Below are positions 1 to 12,320 of a DNA stretch of 64,000 bases, in pieces. A model generated the notes under the pieces. It did no database searches. It worked only from the letters and a program-made list of their open reading frames with translations, and had not been told where the DNA came from. The number at the start of each line of letters is the position of its first letter. Positions within the stretch are counted from its first letter, which is position 1. The translations under genes and the position numbers were made by a program. This stretch comes from Marsupella aquatica. Lineage: Eukaryota; Plantae; Marchantiophyta. The stretch is taken from NCBI GenBank assembly GCA_973895155.1, contig OZ316894.1:14934699-14998698 (forward strand), in the 5' to 3' direction.

Positions 1-5
1 TATGT

Positions 6-105
6 CACTAGTAGAAACCGTGGCAATTTAGACCAAACCTTATAGGACTAAGGCCACTAAGTCCTTTTTGGCAACCTTAAATGACTCGAAACCATTGCCA
101 CGGTT
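6..105 (+). mobile_element. Probable CACTA (En/Spm) DNA transposon terminus
   Basis: CACTAGTAGAAA at 6-17, plus a subterminal inverted pair AACCGTGGCAAT (16-27) / ATTGCCACGGTT (94-105). The other end was not seen. Confidence 0.45.
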
Positions 106-360
106 CACATGAGCACTACAAAAGACTGTGAGTGCTTTTTGGTTTTGGATAAGACTATGAAAAGTACCCTTCTTTGTGAATGTATGAACACTCTAGCACA
201 TGATGGGTTGTAGGGTTTAGTTGTGGGCTTTAATTTGATAATGGGCATATGGGGGGGGGGGGCACAATTCATTTGACGACCTCTTTACCAACATCCCGCT
301 AACTTGAACACGGACAAACGGTGTAAATGTTGAAATTCCCTAATTTTGAATATACTCCAT

Positions 361-575
361 AGTGGGTTTGGGGGGGTTTAGGGCTCAAGGGTGGGCCGGT
401 TACATGCAAAGGGTGTGGGGGTTCACCACTAAAGGGGTTTAGGGGGGTTTATATGCCAAGGGTGGGCCGGTTAGGTCTCAAGGGGGTGGGGGTCAGTAAA
501 GGGGGTTTAGGGTCAGAGAACACTCAATTGAAATAGTGATGCAGCGATTTAGGGTAAACGAACGATTTAGGGTAA
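361..575 (+). repeat. G-rich degenerate repeat with scattered TTTAGGG units
   Basis: Several isolated TTTAGGG motifs, a duplicated CAAGGGTGGGCCGGTTA and many G-runs. It is not a contiguous telomeric array. Confidence 0.45.
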
Positions 576-2976
576 GCCCAAAATTTGAATATGCCAAGAC
601 TATCGGAAGCTCAATGACACCACTCAAAAAGACCATTACCCGCTTCCGTACACGGATATGGTTCTTGACATGGTAGCTCGAAATGAGGTATACACCTTCC
701 TGGACGGGTACTCGGGGTATAACCAGATTTGGATCCAACTATCAGACCAACTCAGAACCACCTTCATAATGGAGTGGGGAACCTACGCGTTCAGAAGGAT
801 GCCCTTCGGCCTATGCAATGCCCCCGCTATGTTCCAACGAATCATTATGAATATTTTTCATGACTTCTTACGAGAATTCTTAGAGGTGTTCATAGATGAT
901 TTTGCCATCTTCAGAACAATTGCTCAGCACCTAGAACACTTAAGGCGGACTTTTGAGCGATGCAGGGAAGTAGGTTTGAAGCTTCACTCGGGTAAATGCT
1001 TCTTTGGGGTAACGGAAGGAGTACTGTTGGGACACCAAGTATCCAAATGAGGGATTGAGGTGGACCAAGAGAAGGTGGTTGCGTGGATGAACTAGAAGGC
1101 GTTGCGATCCTTCTTAGGCTGTGTGGGGTACTACCGACGATTCATTCAGGATTTTGCCAAAATAGCCCTACCCCTCACAGAAATGATGAAACAAGACGCA
1201 ATCATAAAAATGACTCCCCGCCAAGTAGCAGCCTTTGACGAACTAAAAAAACGTCTAACTATGGCTCCTATCTTGACTACCCCCAACTGGAATAAGGAGT
1301 TTCACGTGTACGTTGACATATCTAGGTTTTGCATTGGGTCAGTCTTGAGCCAACTAGACGACGAGAAACAAGACCACCTCATCTACTATGCGAGCCAACA
1401 ACTGTTTGCGGCGGAGAGGAATTATTCGCCCATGGATCAGGAGGCCTTGGGGATTATCTACTCCTGTAAGAAGTTTTGCCATATCTATTGGGATATAAGG
1501 TAATTTTCCATACGGACCATGATAGCCTGAAATACATGGTAAACAAAACAGACTTGACGGGGAGAATAGCCCATTGGGTCTTACTACTCCAAGAATTCAA
1601 CTACAAAATCCGAGTGCAGCCTGGAAAATCACACGTGAATGCAGACTTCTTCTCAAGGATTGAGGGGGGGTTAGATGACGCACCCATTGATGATGCATTT
1701 CCAGACGAAGAGTTATTCCACGTCGGGATGGATCATCCAATGTGGTACGGGGACCTAATCACTTTTCTCTTAACTGGCCACATTCCAAGTAACATTAACT
1801 AGAAGGCCCACGTCAGTCTTCCTGCGTAAGGCATCACCTTACATGATGATACGCGGACATCTGCATAAGGAGGGCGTCGATGAGAAGATCCGCAGATGCC
1901 TAGAGTATAACGAAATGATAATCGTCATGCAAGCTATGCACGAGGAGGAAGCAGGGGGACACTTTGCCCTAGTAACCACGTCTCACAAAATCTTGGACGC
2001 GGGTTACTGGTGGCCTATGCTTCATCACGACGTAGCCCATTTTGTCCGAGGTTGCGACTTATGTCAACGGACGGGCAAACCATGCAGATTGGGTAATCAC
2101 CCTCTTACCCCTATCTTCCCTCTGGCCCCATTTGAGAAGTGGGGCATTGATTATATCGGGCCATTCACCCCCATAACCCGAGGTCGGCATTGCCAGTACA
2201 TTCTTCTCGCTATCGACTATTCAACTAAGTGGGTGGAGGCCCAAGCAACGGTCAAAGATGACGTAGCCACCACCGCCAGTTCCTGTACGAACAGATCTTC
2301 ACCCGTTTCAGACCCCCCTTGGAATTAGTCAGCAACCGCGGGACTCGTTTCCTGAACAAGACAGTAAAAAAACTGACTAACCGTTACCTCGTCAAACACA
2401 AGAAGACTACCCCTTATCACCCCAAATGTAACGGGCTAGTAGAGCGGGCTAATGGTATAGTGGGAAAAATCCTTAACAAGACAGTCGCCGCTCACAAAAC
2501 TCTTTGCAGCGGTCTATTCATACAATCTAGCGTTTAAAACCACTACAAACCATAGTCCATATATTTTGGTCTTTGGACAACATGCGCTCGTTCCCGTCAA
2601 GTTTGAGGTCGAGACTCCACGGGTAAGCATCCACCACAGGTTAACAAAGGATGCTAGCTCGTCCGATCGAGCGTATAAGATTGACAGTCTACAAGAAAAG
2701 AGACTGTGGGCATCGTGACTCGTGGCTGCAAAGCAGGAAGCAACGAAGAAACAACACGACAAAGGACTACGGCAGGTGGACGTCGCTATAGGAGATCTCA
2801 TCCTTCTATACGATAGTAGGTACATGTACTTTCTAGGAAAGCTGCACACACGTTGGCTGGGACCTTTCATTGTCCAACAGATGTACCCGAATGGATCCTT
2901 GCAGCTATCAATGTACGCCGACAACCTCTTTCTTAACCGAGTCAGTTATGATCATGTGAAAAAGTACTTTCACTAG
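573..2976 (+). pseudogene. pol: Ty3/Gypsy (non-chromovirus) pol remnant: RT, RNase H, integrase; 5'-truncated, with stops and frameshifts
   Basis: Motifs CQDYRKLN, FLDGYSGYNQI, MPFGLCNAP, FIDD, FLGCVGYYRRFI, HTDHDSLKY, GGHF...CDLCQ, WGIDYIGP, YHPKCNGLVER and WLGPF occur in RT-RH-INT order. Confidence 0.95.
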
Positions 2977-3017
2977 GACGATGAGCATAATGATGTTTGC
3001 GTGGACGCTTTACACTT

Positions 3018-3030
3018 GAGTAGGGAGCTA
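3018..3030 (+). promoter_or_regulatory. Degenerate polypurine tract
   Basis: GAGTAGGGAGCTA lies between the integrase stop (2976) and the LTR start TGTGACAC (3031). Confidence 0.5.
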
Positions 3031-4750
3031 TGTGACACTGGTAACGTGTCACTAAACAGGATGCAAGTCATAGATTAGGATATATACAGTCATTAGGACC
3101 GTAGCCGCAGGATAGAGTAGTACGAATAGCTGTCTTTGCAATTATGAATAGACTAGGAATAGGTTAGTCAACTTAATGAGTAGGAATTACGGGTGAGTTA
3201 TTTTGATTGCCTGCAGTACGGTGGCGGCGGCGGAGTAAAAATCTGTTTGGGGGATCACGCTTGGACCGAGACGTCCAGACTTGAGCCATTAACAACGACT
3301 AACGGCCTTGCATTCTCACGCTCGAGCTTGCCTTGGCACCACCATAAGAGCCCAGTCGATGGCGTTGCAGCCCATTTGCTCTTTCGCACCTTTCAGGATT
3401 AGTGGGCACTGCCGGTCGCTCTTGCACTTTGCTTGGATCGAGTGCTCTTCAGGTTCCGACGAACGAGTTAGTCCACATCTGGAGCAACGCTCTCGTAAGC
3501 GAGCAAGGAATACATCAGGTCCAAAACCAACTGCGTGGATTAACTCCGCCCTCGTACCCGTTCCTGCCCCGGCCAACCCGCCGCCCAATAACCAGTCCTG
3601 ATGGCCCTCTGACCACCGACAGCCGGACCTGTTGCAGGTAATCGGCGTCCCCAAAGTAGTTTGGAATGCCATCAAGAAACCAGACCACGCGGGCTACCTT
3701 AAGGAGCATCTTTTGGAGCAGTTCGCTCATTTGCTATGGAGGCCTAGCGCAGCCGGGCCAAAGGAGGTTTATGAGTTCATCTCCAACTTCGACATTGATG
3801 CGGCGGCCACCAAGGTTTCAGGGCAGACCCTATCGCTTACGGAGTATTGGTTGGCACATATCTTTTGTCTGCCAATCGGGCTTGTGTCGGTTGAACTCCA
3901 AATTGGGGATAAGGAGTATACACCTCGGCACTTCAAACCCGAGGGTAAGACAAACAACGGGTATAAGCAGGGGTCATGCACCAACTTAGTCTGTATGGAG
4001 CGGCTTAACTTCATACGGACTACCTTACACATGATCAAGCCACGATCCGAGATCTCCCTCTGTACGATTGTGCAGGTGGAGCAGTACAAACGGCGGAACT
4101 GGGCCCAATTCTTTTGCCGCAGGTTCTTGGGGGAGACTTGTTTTTATCTCAGTAGGAGAATCTGTGAGGCAAAGGGAGTCCCGACCTGAGGAAGATAAGA
4201 GAGCACTAAGGAGTGAGAGCTAGAGTTGAGCTTGCTGGGCAAGTGCGAGGCAGGGCCTCGTAGAGACTAGGCATCGACTGCCGTTAGGCCTGCTGATCAC
4301 TTAGAAGTTGAGTCAACTATGTAAGCTGGCCCCTCTTATCTGAGTAAAATGGTCTTTTCCCTCTGATCTCTCGCGAGTAACTGGTGTTGTATGCATGCCT
4401 TGCCTCGCAAAGGCGCCATTTTAAGGGACGCACAGGGTGCAGACTAATGGTTGGGATTGTTGAAGAAGTGCATGTTGCAAAGTTTTAAGTTGCGTCAATG
4501 GTTTGAAAGTCCCCAAACCGGGAGTTAGTCCGAGTCACTAACTATGGGAGTCTTCCAGTGGTGGAAATAAAAAATACCTATGATATCAGTGATTGTCGTG
4601 TAATATTATACCAGTACGTATATTGTTATAGTCCGATTCGGACTAACCAGGGCCACAACACACCTCCTTGCCCAAAACCTCACCCCTACTGGTGGTCATG
4701 CGCGCACCGAGGAACTAACTCGGATTAAGGCCCGGGTTAGAGGCGCGACA
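3031..4750 (+). mobile_element. 3' LTR (copy D) of the Gypsy element; ORF-bearing, internally deleted
   Basis: Starts TGTGACACTG and ends GGATTAAGGCCCGGGTTAGAGGCGCGACA. Segment 4129-4750 aligns by eye with the R/U5 part of solo LTR B (GGGAGTCCCGACCT, CCTCC(T/C)TGCCC.AA.CCTCA, TTAAGGCC...GACA). Confidence 0.8.
3308..4128 (+). pseudogene. LTR-embedded accessory ORF (copy D), PF20167/Athila-ORF1-like core; C-terminus deleted
   Basis: ORFs 3308-3601 and 3632-4189 are in the same frame, separated by one TGA. EVYEFISNFD...TKVSGQTLSLTEYWLAHIFCLP...NNGYKQGSC aligns with the ORFs at 21916-23217 and 19491-20268. Confidence 0.75.
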
Positions 4751-4836
4751 TAAGCCAAACTGTCGAATCCGTGTGTCCTTGTCAATCCACTACCATTGAC
4801 AAGCGAGGGTATCAAATCCACTTCCAAGGAGTATTA

Positions 4837-7800
4837 TCATTCAACCACTTCATTCACTACTTTTCTTAACACATTTAACAGTATTTTATTTGTGGACTCT
4901 GCTTGTCCATTACATTGTGGATAATATAGTGTTGAAAACCTATGGGTAATTTTATAATTGTCTATTAACTCCTGAGTAACTGTATTCATAAAATGTGTTC
5001 CTTGGTCACTGATTAATTCTTCTGGTGGTCCATAACGGGTTATAATGTTCTGGTAAAGAAACTTAGCTGTTACTCTAGCATTGCTTTCTCTTGTGGTCAC
5101 CTCTTCCACCCACTTGGTGGTATACTCTGTTGCTGCTATGATGAATTGATTCTGGCTGTACCTTCCCACATGGTTTATTGGCCCTATGAAATCAAAACCC
5201 CATTTCTGAAAATAGTATGGTGATATGATTGGTGTGTACTCCATGCTCTCTTTAATAGGATCCAATTGTTGGCAAACATCACAGGTCTTCACAAACTTAT
5301 AAGTGTCTTGGTGGATGGTTCTCCACCATAACCCTTGTAGTATTTTACGTACTGTTATATCTACTCCAAAATGTCCTCCTCCAAATCCTTCATGTGCCAC
5401 TCTCAAAATGTTGTTCTGTTCAGCTAGTGCCACCACTCTTCTCAAAATGTCATCTGACCCTTTGTAATACAACACTCCGTCTATGAGTGTGTAAGGTCTT
5501 GCCTTGTGAGCATAAACTTTTCTTTCCTTTTGCTTAATCCAATTGGGTATTCTGCTGTTTCTGAGGTAATGTTGTAGCTCTTCACTTGAGTCCACTGTCA
5601 CCCTCAATACATGTCTTCTTCTTGCTCTGGCTCCAAAGAGTTGTCTTCCTCCTTTACTTGTTTTGAAGACTCATCTCCCTCCTTTACAGTTACCTCAAAT
5701 TTATCTTGGTACAACTGTTGTCATCCACTCCCGTTGGCTCTTCACCTGACTCCAATCTGCTGAGTTGATCCGGGATGACATGTATTTTTCCTGGCTTATA
5801 AACAACAGTATAGTCAAATTCTGAAAGCAACAATATCCATCTAGCTATCCGACCAGATAATTGAGGTTTATTTACTAAACTGACCAAAGCATTGTGGTCT
5901 ATATAAAATATGAGCTTGTTCCCTAGTAAATAATGTCAGAATTTCTTTACAACATATATCATAGCTAAAGCTTTTCTTTTTGTAGTTGTGTAATTCCTCT
6001 CATGTACATTTAACAACCTACTTGCATAGTAAACTGGCAAATCCAACCCTTCATCCCCTAGTTGAGCTAAAACTGCTCCTACTGCTGTTAAGGAAGCATC
6101 AGTATGTAAATGAAACACCCTACTCCAATCTGGTTGCTTTAAATAGGTGCTTTAATTTAAGAGTTTCAAATGCCTTTTGACAATCTGTGGTCCATTTGAA
6201 AATGCTGAAACTACCCGTTAATTTGGCTAGTGGGGCACTTATCTCTGAGTATCCTCGAATATATCTTTGATAGAACCCACTGGCCCCCAGGAAACTTGAG
6301 TGGCTATTTCAGGTGCTGGCATTTCCTTAAAAACTTTAACTTTGTTTGGGTCTACTAACAACCCCTCCTTACAAACAATATGTCCTAATAGTCTTCCAGA
6401 CGTTACAAAGAATGTACATTTATCTGGATTTAAACTCACTCCACCCTTCCCTACATCTAAGTAAGCAAAGTTTTAGTTGTATCAAATGTACATATCTGTT
6501 CCCATAAATGGTGAAGTCATCCAGAAATATTTGCATAAAATCATTTAAATACTCATAAAATAGCATCATCATAATACGCTGAAAGTACTTGGCCCATTAC
6601 ATAACCCAAATGGTAGCACTTTATATTGAAACTCTCCCCACTCTGTTATAAAAGTAGTCATTTCTCAGGCCAAGGGAGAATTTCACTTGACTGTAACCAC
6701 TAAATCCATCTAATAAGGAATATGCCTCTTTACCCCTGGCCAACTTGATGTAATACAGATTCTATGGAAATGGATCCTTAATAGTAGCTGCATTTAATTT
6801 TCTGTAATCATACAAACTCAAAGTTTACCATTTTTCTTGGGTACTACTACTATAGGTGATAACCAAGTATATCTATTGACAGGATAAATAAAATCTGCAT
6901 CCATCAACTTTTGTATTTCCTCTTTTACTTTAAGTGCATAATTAGGATTTAGACGGTACCTCTGTGCTTGTATGGGAATAGTTCCTGCTTCCAATCTTAT
7001 GCAATGTTCCTCAATTCAGGTATTCCTTTTAAGTCTGTATAATCCCAAGCAAACACATCTCGAAACTCCCTTAATAATTCCTTTAATTGTGTTTCAATTC
7101 CTGGTTCCAAGTTATCCCTATTTTGACCTCCTTGGTGACTCCCTCATCTCCCAGGTTCACTTTCTTAATTTGTTCCTCATCTGTTACACTCCAACCCACT
7201 ACTTCTTGTTGATTTGACTATAAAGTAGTTTGTGTTGTTTCTTCCTTTAATTTACAATCATGCTCTTCTTGTGGTCTAACATGCAATAATAAATCTTTCT
7301 TTAAATCCTGTTCCATGATTTCCCTCTCTTGCTTAATAGTTCCTTCTCTCCTGACCACTTTTGCTTCTGCTAGAGGAATTAAATTAGGACAACATTCAAA
7401 TAGAGTGACTTCTTCTTCTTCTGATAATCCCTCTTCCCAGTTCAGGGTACATACTCATACCCGTTGATACTCGGTTCCATCCATCGCTGGTTTAGTGTAA
7501 TTTTATAGGTTTCTCCTTCACTCTCAATTTTTATATAATCTTTATCCTTAGCCCAACTTTGTTTAACCCTGGCTTGCCTTAACCAAAGCCGTCCCAATAT
7601 CATAGGTTGCCTTTTTGATGAATCCCCTCTTCTTAAGACTACCACATCTATGTTATACTTAATTCCCGATATTTGTATTGGCAATTCCTGTATATAACCC
7701 AATGGGTGGCAACTACTTTGATAAGCCATTAATAGATTAAAAGGTGCAGGTAATATCTTTACTTTTGCAATTTTCCAAAATATGTCTTCACTCATTAAAT

Positions 7801-9491
7801 TAACTACTGAACCACCATCTAGCAAGACATTCTTAATTTTTGTTCCTTTTATATTTAACTGTACCATTGCTCCCTTATCCGCCAATACTGTCTTTTCCAA
7901 CTTATAAGTTGGTGCTTGTGGCAACTCCTGCTGATCCTCCTTCTCATTTATGGTTTCAGCTGTCTGTCCCCTTACTCCACTGGTGTTTGGTGCTGTAGTC
8001 TCTTGTGCTCCCTCACTCATTTTCTTGAATACTGCTTCTCTGCATTGTGGAGCTATACATAACAATTCCTCCACGGTTAGCTCCACTTTAGCTTTTGAAA
8101 TAACCTCTACTAATTTCCTTATTATTGCTCACTTTTTACTCTGACTGTTTCTGTACTTGAGGGTTCTTCTCTTAATGATTCCTCACTCAATGGTTCGCCC
8201 TCATAGATAACGGGTTCTCTACTTCCTTCATTAAGATTTTCATTAGATTCTAAAATTTCAGGTCCACTTTCTATTCTCTCATCCAACCCCATTAACCTTT
8301 CTGGTCTTGGCAGCAATTCACTTTGCTGATGCTGCCAAATTTGTTCTGCCGTATTTCGTGTTGTAGCGTCCAACTGTTCCCAACTCGGAACTCCTTGTGG
8401 ATGGTAGAGCTAACACGATGGATGGCTCTACTTGTTGTGACCGGGTCACTATATTCACATCCCTTGTTTGAATTCTCACATGGTTAACTGGCAATTTAGT
8501 TTGTGCTTCTGTTCTTTCCTTTTGTGTTGCACCCATAATTCACATTTAGCCCCTCTTATATGACCAAGCTTCCCACAGTAATAACATGTAAGAGGAGGTC
8601 TCTCTCCTTCATCCCTGAAGTTCCTTTTATTGGTAAACTGTCTATCAGGATTGTAATAGTTTTGATTTTTCTCTATTCTTTTATTTTCTGCATTTAGTGC
8701 CACATTCCCCCCTTTCTTGTATGGGTTCTGGAAACACTCCTGGGTGGTATGCCCTGCCCTCATGTGAATTTCACAAAATTTTCTTCCTTTATACTCTCTT
8801 TTCTCATTGTTAGAGCCCTCTCCTTTACCTTTAATTGTTTCCCCCTCACTTTGGGTAGAAAAATCATTCTTCATCATCTGAGTAATCCCTTTTAACCTAA
8901 TAAGCCTTCTCTCATACTCATCAGCATCTTGAGTGGGATTTTGTTCTACCACAATTACTAGATTTTCTTTAACTGCTCTCCTCGTCCAACTAATCCGTTG
9001 GGCATATGATGGTTGATGAGTCAATCTGCGCATAGCAAACTTTAATCTTCCTATGTAACTCTAAACTTATTTTTTCTTTTGCTGCGTCATATTTTGTATA
9101 ATGCTATACAAATCAGTTTCTTCTTTAGCCACCCAGTACTGGTCTAAGAACGACTTTGCTAAATGTTTCCATTCTTGAAAATGACCAGGTGGGTATTGGG
9201 TGTACCAGACAAAAGCACCCCTTTCAAAGAACTTGGAAACAGTTCCAATCTTGTTACATCATTTTGCTCGTGATTAGCTTGAAGCATTTCTTCAAATCTG
9301 GCCAAATGTGTATCAGCGTCTTCCTCTAATGTACCTTTGAAAATTGGAATTTTCACCCTTCTCAAAGGTATCATGGTCGCTTTTACTCCCTTGTTGCTCA
9401 TTTCTTCACCAGTGTGTATTTTTGTCACTTCCTCTCTTATGAATTCCACTTTAGGGTTCCCTTCCTTAAAGGATTCAAATTCTTCCCCCAT
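4837..9491 (-). pseudogene. gag-pol: Ty3/Gypsy gag-pol remnant (gag, zinc knuckles, protease, RT, RNase H, truncated integrase)
   Basis: Gag IPIFKG...DADTHL; CEIHMRAGHTTQEC and CYYCGKLGH; protease LLDGGSVVNLM; RT LNPDKC/GRLLGHIV; RH HTDASLTAVGAVL; INT GGHFG..CDVCQ, WGFDFIGP, ISDQGTHF. Many frameshifts. Confidence 0.95.
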
Positions 9492-10379
9492 TCTGTGGAC
9501 CGGCTCAATATAGGGTATGTAAGGAACTTGTCAATTTTTTTGTTGTTTGTACAAGGAATAGTAAGAAAGTTGTTGTAGTGTTAGCAAAGTACTTAGGGTT
9601 TGCAACCCTAAGTCACTAGGGAAGGCTAGTAGGAAATCATGGAAGGGAGAAAATGTGTTGTTCTAAGAAAATGTTCCACCCTTAGTTAGGATAGGCGACT
9701 AAGTCGGGACCGAAAAATGACCCGACACCTGACATCTTATTTTTGGCTGATATTTCTCCCATGGGTGCTGGGAGGTCCCTAGGGAACCCTGAAAAAGTAT
9801 GAAGTCAAGTGGGGTCTCAACCTAGGAGTTGTGAGTATTTTGACAGAAATTAAAATAACCAACTAGCGAGCCCCGGAGAAAATAGCCAAGGGGTAAATTT
9901 TGTGGGTTCGAGGTTATAATTGAGTTTAGTATAGACCATAATATCCCTGGATTGTCTTAGAAATAATTTGTCACCTTTTGTTACTTTTTGGGAACACCTC
10001 AAAGATTGGGAATAGTAATCCGCTTTAATAGATATGGTCAAACTTATGTATTTTTAGAAAAGTCGTTATGGAGTGTTTAGAGAGTTTGATACATTTAGGA
10101 GTGAGTCCTATGTCCAAGGATTCCAGAAATGTGCTCAGAAGTACGTTTGGACATTTGAGTGAAGTATGGCATGGCCTTCAAGAGGGGCCAGTATAACTGT
10201 TTCTCCTGAGAGGAAAACAAAATTTTTCTAAGTGTCAAAACACGTTGACGCGGCTACGACCAGACTAGCACGAGGTCAGGCAAGCACGACATGGGCAGGA
10301 ATGCACGAGGTGGGCTAATTGAAGGGCTGGTGCTCATCAAAATAGGCCACTCTTGATCTGAATAGGCAGGTGCGGGATT

Positions 10380-10990
10380 GAATTGAGCTAGCTGCTGCTG
10401 AGAAGGACTTGACCCAGCTGCTACTGTGAAATTGAATTGTGAGCTATGGCTGCTGATTGGAATAGGGAGGCTGGCTTTGAATTGGGAAGGTTGCTTGCTG
10501 CTATGGCAGCGGCACAATAGATTAGAGGTGCTGCTATTAATCAGGCATGAGATGCTCACGAGAATTGGCTGGCTGCTGTCTTGATGCTGCTGAATTGATG
10601 GATGCTGCTGCTAGCTGCAAAATTGCAGAGGTGGGCAGCTACAAAATTGAGAAGAGAGACTTGCTTGGCTAAGTGATTGGAATAGAGCTAGTTGTTGAGA
10701 AGGAATCAAGTTATGGCTGCTGCTGCTGTGCTTCGAATCAGCTGGTATGCTTCGAATCTGCTGCTGTGCTGTTGTGCTGCAAGCTGCGAATTGGTGGGCT
10801 ATGGCTGCTGCAAAATTCTGCTGCGATTTTGAATCACTTGCAAGGCTGGATGGCTATGGAGGTGGACTGAGAAGGGTGCTGTAGACCTGGCTGAGCTATC
10901 AATTGACCTGCTGTCATTCGATCCAATAGAGAATGCTGTCGTTTCAGATTGAATTCAAGAGAGAGGAAAATGCTGCAAAAATTGGTGTCC
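10380..10990. repeat. GCTGCT/AATTG-rich degenerate minisatellite
   Basis: Dense recurrence of GCTGCTG, GAATTG and GCTATGG. Confidence 0.6.
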
Positions 10991-12014
10991 TTATCAATCT
11001 TCTTCATAAGAAACGTGAGTATAATGAGAGTACTCTCCCCTCATGACACGTGGAATCCCCATAAGGGGCGTGTAAGGTTCAAGTGTAATCGGGTCGCCGC
11101 TTACACCCGCTTTACACCAAAAACATGCCTTGGGAGAATGGACATAACTTTGGCTAGTGGTATCCGTTGGGGCCCAATTTTTTTTGTGCTGAGTTAGGGG
11201 AAGATAAGGCACCCCTTGGTGAAGGTGGAAACCCATAAAAATAATCACTCAAATATATTTTTAGTGGAGGCCACGAGGGGGTCCCCATAGCTTGCAAACG
11301 GGAGTCGGCATGGGGGAAGTAAGACCAGGTTTTTAGCCGACACTTCTTGCACCCGTGTCACCCAAGTTAGGATACATGGAGAAGAGAGTACCTCAGGGGA
11401 AAGGTGAAAGGGCGTTAGGGTAAGGAAAGTAAGTTGATAGGTCGGGGTAGTAAGTAAGAACTAGTAAATAAGGAGCCAACTTTGACATGACACAACTTGA
11501 GACTCACTCACTCTTTTTGCGAGCTTTCAAGTGGGTTGGGAAGCTGGTGAGGAGGACCATAAGTGAGAGCAGGTTTGGAGGTCAAAGCATGCAACTCATG
11601 TGTGGCATATTCCAAGGCTTGGAAGGAGTCAACCAATAGGTTGTAGAGTGAGCTACAAACTATAGAGTTGGACTTTGTGTGTTAGGAGGACTTGGGGGAG
11701 GAGTAGTTGGACCCCAGGTCAAGCTTGGTGTGGTGTGGAAGGAGAATAGTATATAAGGAGAAATTTTTCCTTTGTTAGGGACCGGGAGTCTCATCTCTTA
11801 AGTGGAATCTCTACCTTGCCAAGGTAGGGCTAAGCTTGAGAAGGGAGAGGTGGTCCATGCTTAGTGTGGAGAATGTGTAGTGAACTTTTGTTGTAAAGGT
11901 GATGCAATAAAAGGAGACTTGCCAATCTTCATTGTGACCATTAAGTGTGAGTGCATTTGAAGCATATGAGAGCAAGAGAAGAGTCCATGCTATGATGTAA
12001 TCTTGGTCTAAGCT

Positions 12015-12320
12015 TGAAGGGGATGTGCTAGTACAAAACCAAGGCCAAGAGGAAAGGTTAAGGTAGAGCACTACTTTGAGACTTAGAGAGGATTATAGCT
12101 TGAGGATGGAAAGTATTTTGCTTGGTGTGTGGTGTTAACAAGAAGTAAGAACAAGAGGAAGAGTACTTAGATAGAGGCACCTTCTCTAGAGCTCAAAGGG
12201 GATGTGTGGACCCAAACCAAGGCCAGGGGGGCAAGGTTGAGGGGTAACACTACTTTGAGGGTCTTGAGGAGACTTAAGCTAGAAGAGGAAAGTACTTTGG
12301 GTTCTTGGGTGTTTGTGTGA
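12015..12320. repeat. Diverged ~180-bp tandem duplication
   Basis: GGGGATGTG...AAACCAAGGCCA...CACTACTTTGAG...GGAAAGTA.TTTG occurs at ~12018 and ~12197. Confidence 0.65.

Noticed and set aside
361-575. True or interstitial telomere array
   Set aside because: The TTTAGGG units are isolated, not tandem.
3632-4189. env-like gene downstream of pol
   Set aside because: No signal peptide or transmembrane segment is evident, and it lies after the PPT and LTR start. Its last ~20 codons are read-through past a deletion.
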